Assembly (NCBI RefSeq): GCF_001194135.2
Contig: NC_068998.1
Location: 51,468,806 to 51,532,805 of the forward strand
Direction: 5' to 3'
Source: Octopus bimaculoides
Taxonomy: Eukaryota
DNA: 64,000 nucleotides
How positions within the stretch are numbered: position 1 is the first letter of the stretch; each line of letters opens with the position of its first letter. A model generated the notes under the pieces. It made no database searches and was not told where the DNA came from. It worked only from the letters and a program-made list of their open reading frames with translations. Made by a program: the position numbers and the translations under genes. Positions 61,598 through 64,000 of this stretch are shown piece after piece.

Positions 61598-62404
61598 GCA
61601 CATAGTAAGAGGGTAAAAGCGAGAGAAAGATAGAGCGAAGTTCGTGAATGCGATCAAATATGTATTAAATATTTTTAAACCTAACGTAAAAGGAGGGGCT
61701 TACAACGATGACAAAGGTTCAGAATAATACAACTGACCCCTTAATAACAACAGTTGGTAATTTACCTCTTCGTCGATGCAGGTAAAATTTTCTTACAAAC
61801 CGTTGGATACATGTATGGGATGCCAAACAAAATAACCAACTGTTTTATGAGCAGGTTAGTCTTCATTCATACATATATACATAGCAGACAAATATATATA
61901 TATGATATATATGTGTGTGTGTGTTGGCTTTGTTCTTTTTCTCTGTAAGACTTTAAACTGCGATATCGCTTCTCTTTCGCTCTGTGACAGGTTTTTTTGT
62001 TTGTTTTACATGAAAACTGAGAAACTTAAAAATGATGAGGGGTGATGCCGGGTGGAAGGAAACTGTGGGTGGCGAGAATTGGGCTGGGTGTTCACATTGT
62101 GTTTGATTGTTATTGCTAATGATGGTGATGATTATGGTAGGATTTTTAGCACACGATGTGTGTAACGTTTAAGATTGTCGGCGGTCTTTGTTTTATGTTG
62201 ATTTATGACAATACTTCTGCAATTTCTTTTAACCGCGAATATACCAAACATTTTCCCCCTGATAAGTGTCACAGACTTACACACACACACACACGTGTGT
62301 GTTTACGTTTTTTATACCATGTTGTACAGATACATAATGTAAAAAATGAATGCGTGTCTATGTAAATATGTGTGTGTGTGTGTGTAGTAATCTTTATATA
62401 GAGT

Positions 62405-62760
62405 CATTAGACTACAACCATACTGGGACACCACTTCCAAGGCACGTTGGTCGCTCATAACAACCGAAGTTCTTATTTTTCAGTCTAAAACCTATTCTAT
62501 TTGTTAATCCTTCTTGTTGAACCACTATATTATGGATAACTAACATTAACTGGGTTTTAGACCAAAAACTTAAACCTATACACACACACACGGGGCGGGT
62601 TTCTCAACAGTTGTCGTCTAGGTATTCGAATCACAACATATTGATCACTTCAAAACTATAGGAAAAGACATGTATCTGAAGTGTCCGGTCATGCGATCGA
62701 ATTCAGACCGACCACTTAAATTGCAATGAATCGATCGCTTGAACGACACAACCAACTGCG
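62405..62760 (-). mobile_element. Highly diverged full-length SINE B
   Basis: Decayed 3' half, internal (CA)n at 62580, then GGCGGGTTTCTCAACAGTTGTCGTCTA and AAAACTATAGGAAAAGACA. Confidence 0.6.
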
Positions 62761-63054
62761 GCACATGCATCTGTGTGTGTGCATGTGTGTGTGTGTGTGT
62801 GTGTGTGTGTTAACACAATACCTGAAAGTAAGGTATTCTGTTAAAAAAAATCTCTTTCCCATAGCTATCACATAACAACTTGAACAATGTGGTTTTGTAT
62901 TAATACTGGAAATCGATCTTGTATTTAAACTTAAATGTTCACATGGAGAAGTAGACGTGATACAAATATATATGAAATGTGTTTGTGTGTGTACGAAAGT
63001 TAGTGCGTGTCTGTATATGTCTGTATAGCACGCACACACACACACACACACACA

Positions 63055-63096
<42 letters not shown>

Positions 63097-63866
63097 TTCA
63101 AAAAAACACAAAAAACAATAACAAAAGAACAATAAAGTGAGGACGTGATACGGATAGTGTTATTGGACGCTCGGGAAAGGAAGGAGGTATATATATATAC
63201 ATATACACACAAACACTATTAATGTCTTAACGTTTTTAAATATCTAGACAAACTCACAAACCCTATTAAAAGATCAACGTTCTTCTAAATAACTACACAC
63301 ACACACACACATGTATGTATGTCACCTTAGCTGAAAAGACGGGAGATGGAGAAAGGTGAGGGTGGATAGATTATGATAGAAAAAAAGAAAGGTAGTAAAA
63401 GGTACTCGAAACATTTGATGGAGTTTGTATTGGCTGGAAGACGATGACTCATTTCTTCAATTACTCAATTCCTTGCTTCATACAAACCCTTCAGGCAAGG
63501 AATCTTATGAACAACGTCACATGAACTTTTTTATGTTCAAATCCAAATCGAATAGATTTGTGCGTGTGCATGTGTGTATATGTGTGTGTGTGTGTATGTT
63601 TCATGTGTGAATATTTAAGTTCATAAATGAATGGTATGTTAATTTAACAATACTACGTCTATGCAGGTAGGTAGATGATAGATAGATAGACAGACAGACG
63701 ACAGTTTTATTCTCTGTTGATCGGTAATAGAGACTACAGATATGGAAACAGATGCTTGATAAAGTTTCCGTTAAAACAATGTGTCTATACATACATGCAT
63801 TTATACACACTAAACCTCTCTCCTCGTCTCTGTGACTCATATATATATATATATATATGACGTACT

Positions 63867-63930
<64 letters not shown>

Positions 63931-64000
63931 AGTACGTCATGTATATAAGTGTATTTGTCTTCTCATCGCTTAACAAACCGGTGATGGTTTGTTTACATCC

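Noticed and set aside
9658-63976. ORFs of alternating CV, HT, YI, LS or RE dipeptides and poly-H/S/V/I/N runs
   Set aside because: They are translations of di- and trinucleotide microsatellites, with no domain or splice support.

Overview
Eukaryotic, AT-rich, very microsatellite-dense DNA with 17 assembly gaps (N runs), nearly all bordered by simple repeats. The repeat families look like coleoid cephalopod, probably Octopus (inference from recalled SINE sequences; no search was run). I found no intact protein-coding gene, RNA gene or CRISPR array, so the window reads as intron or intergenic DNA. It holds many copies of at least four tRNA-derived SINE families (my labels A-D). Decayed non-LTR retrotransposon fragments: Tx1/L1, CR1/L2-type, RTE, R4/Dong-type and a Penelope GIY-YIG domain. 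Decayed DNA transposons: three Tc1/mariner lineages, a mariner MITE, Chapaev3-type, a hAT end and a Helentron-like element. Most supplied ORFs are microsatellite or N artefacts. The best leads are: a ~205 bp foldback whose two arms each carry a complete hammerhead-ribozyme core on opposite strands (54466-54673); further hammerhead-like relics; a SINE with a built-in microsatellite; SINE and R4/Dong association with (AAT)n; perfect palindromes; a mariner MITE built from two right ends; and a diverged higher-order tandem repeat with a conserved motif. All functional claims are hypotheses.
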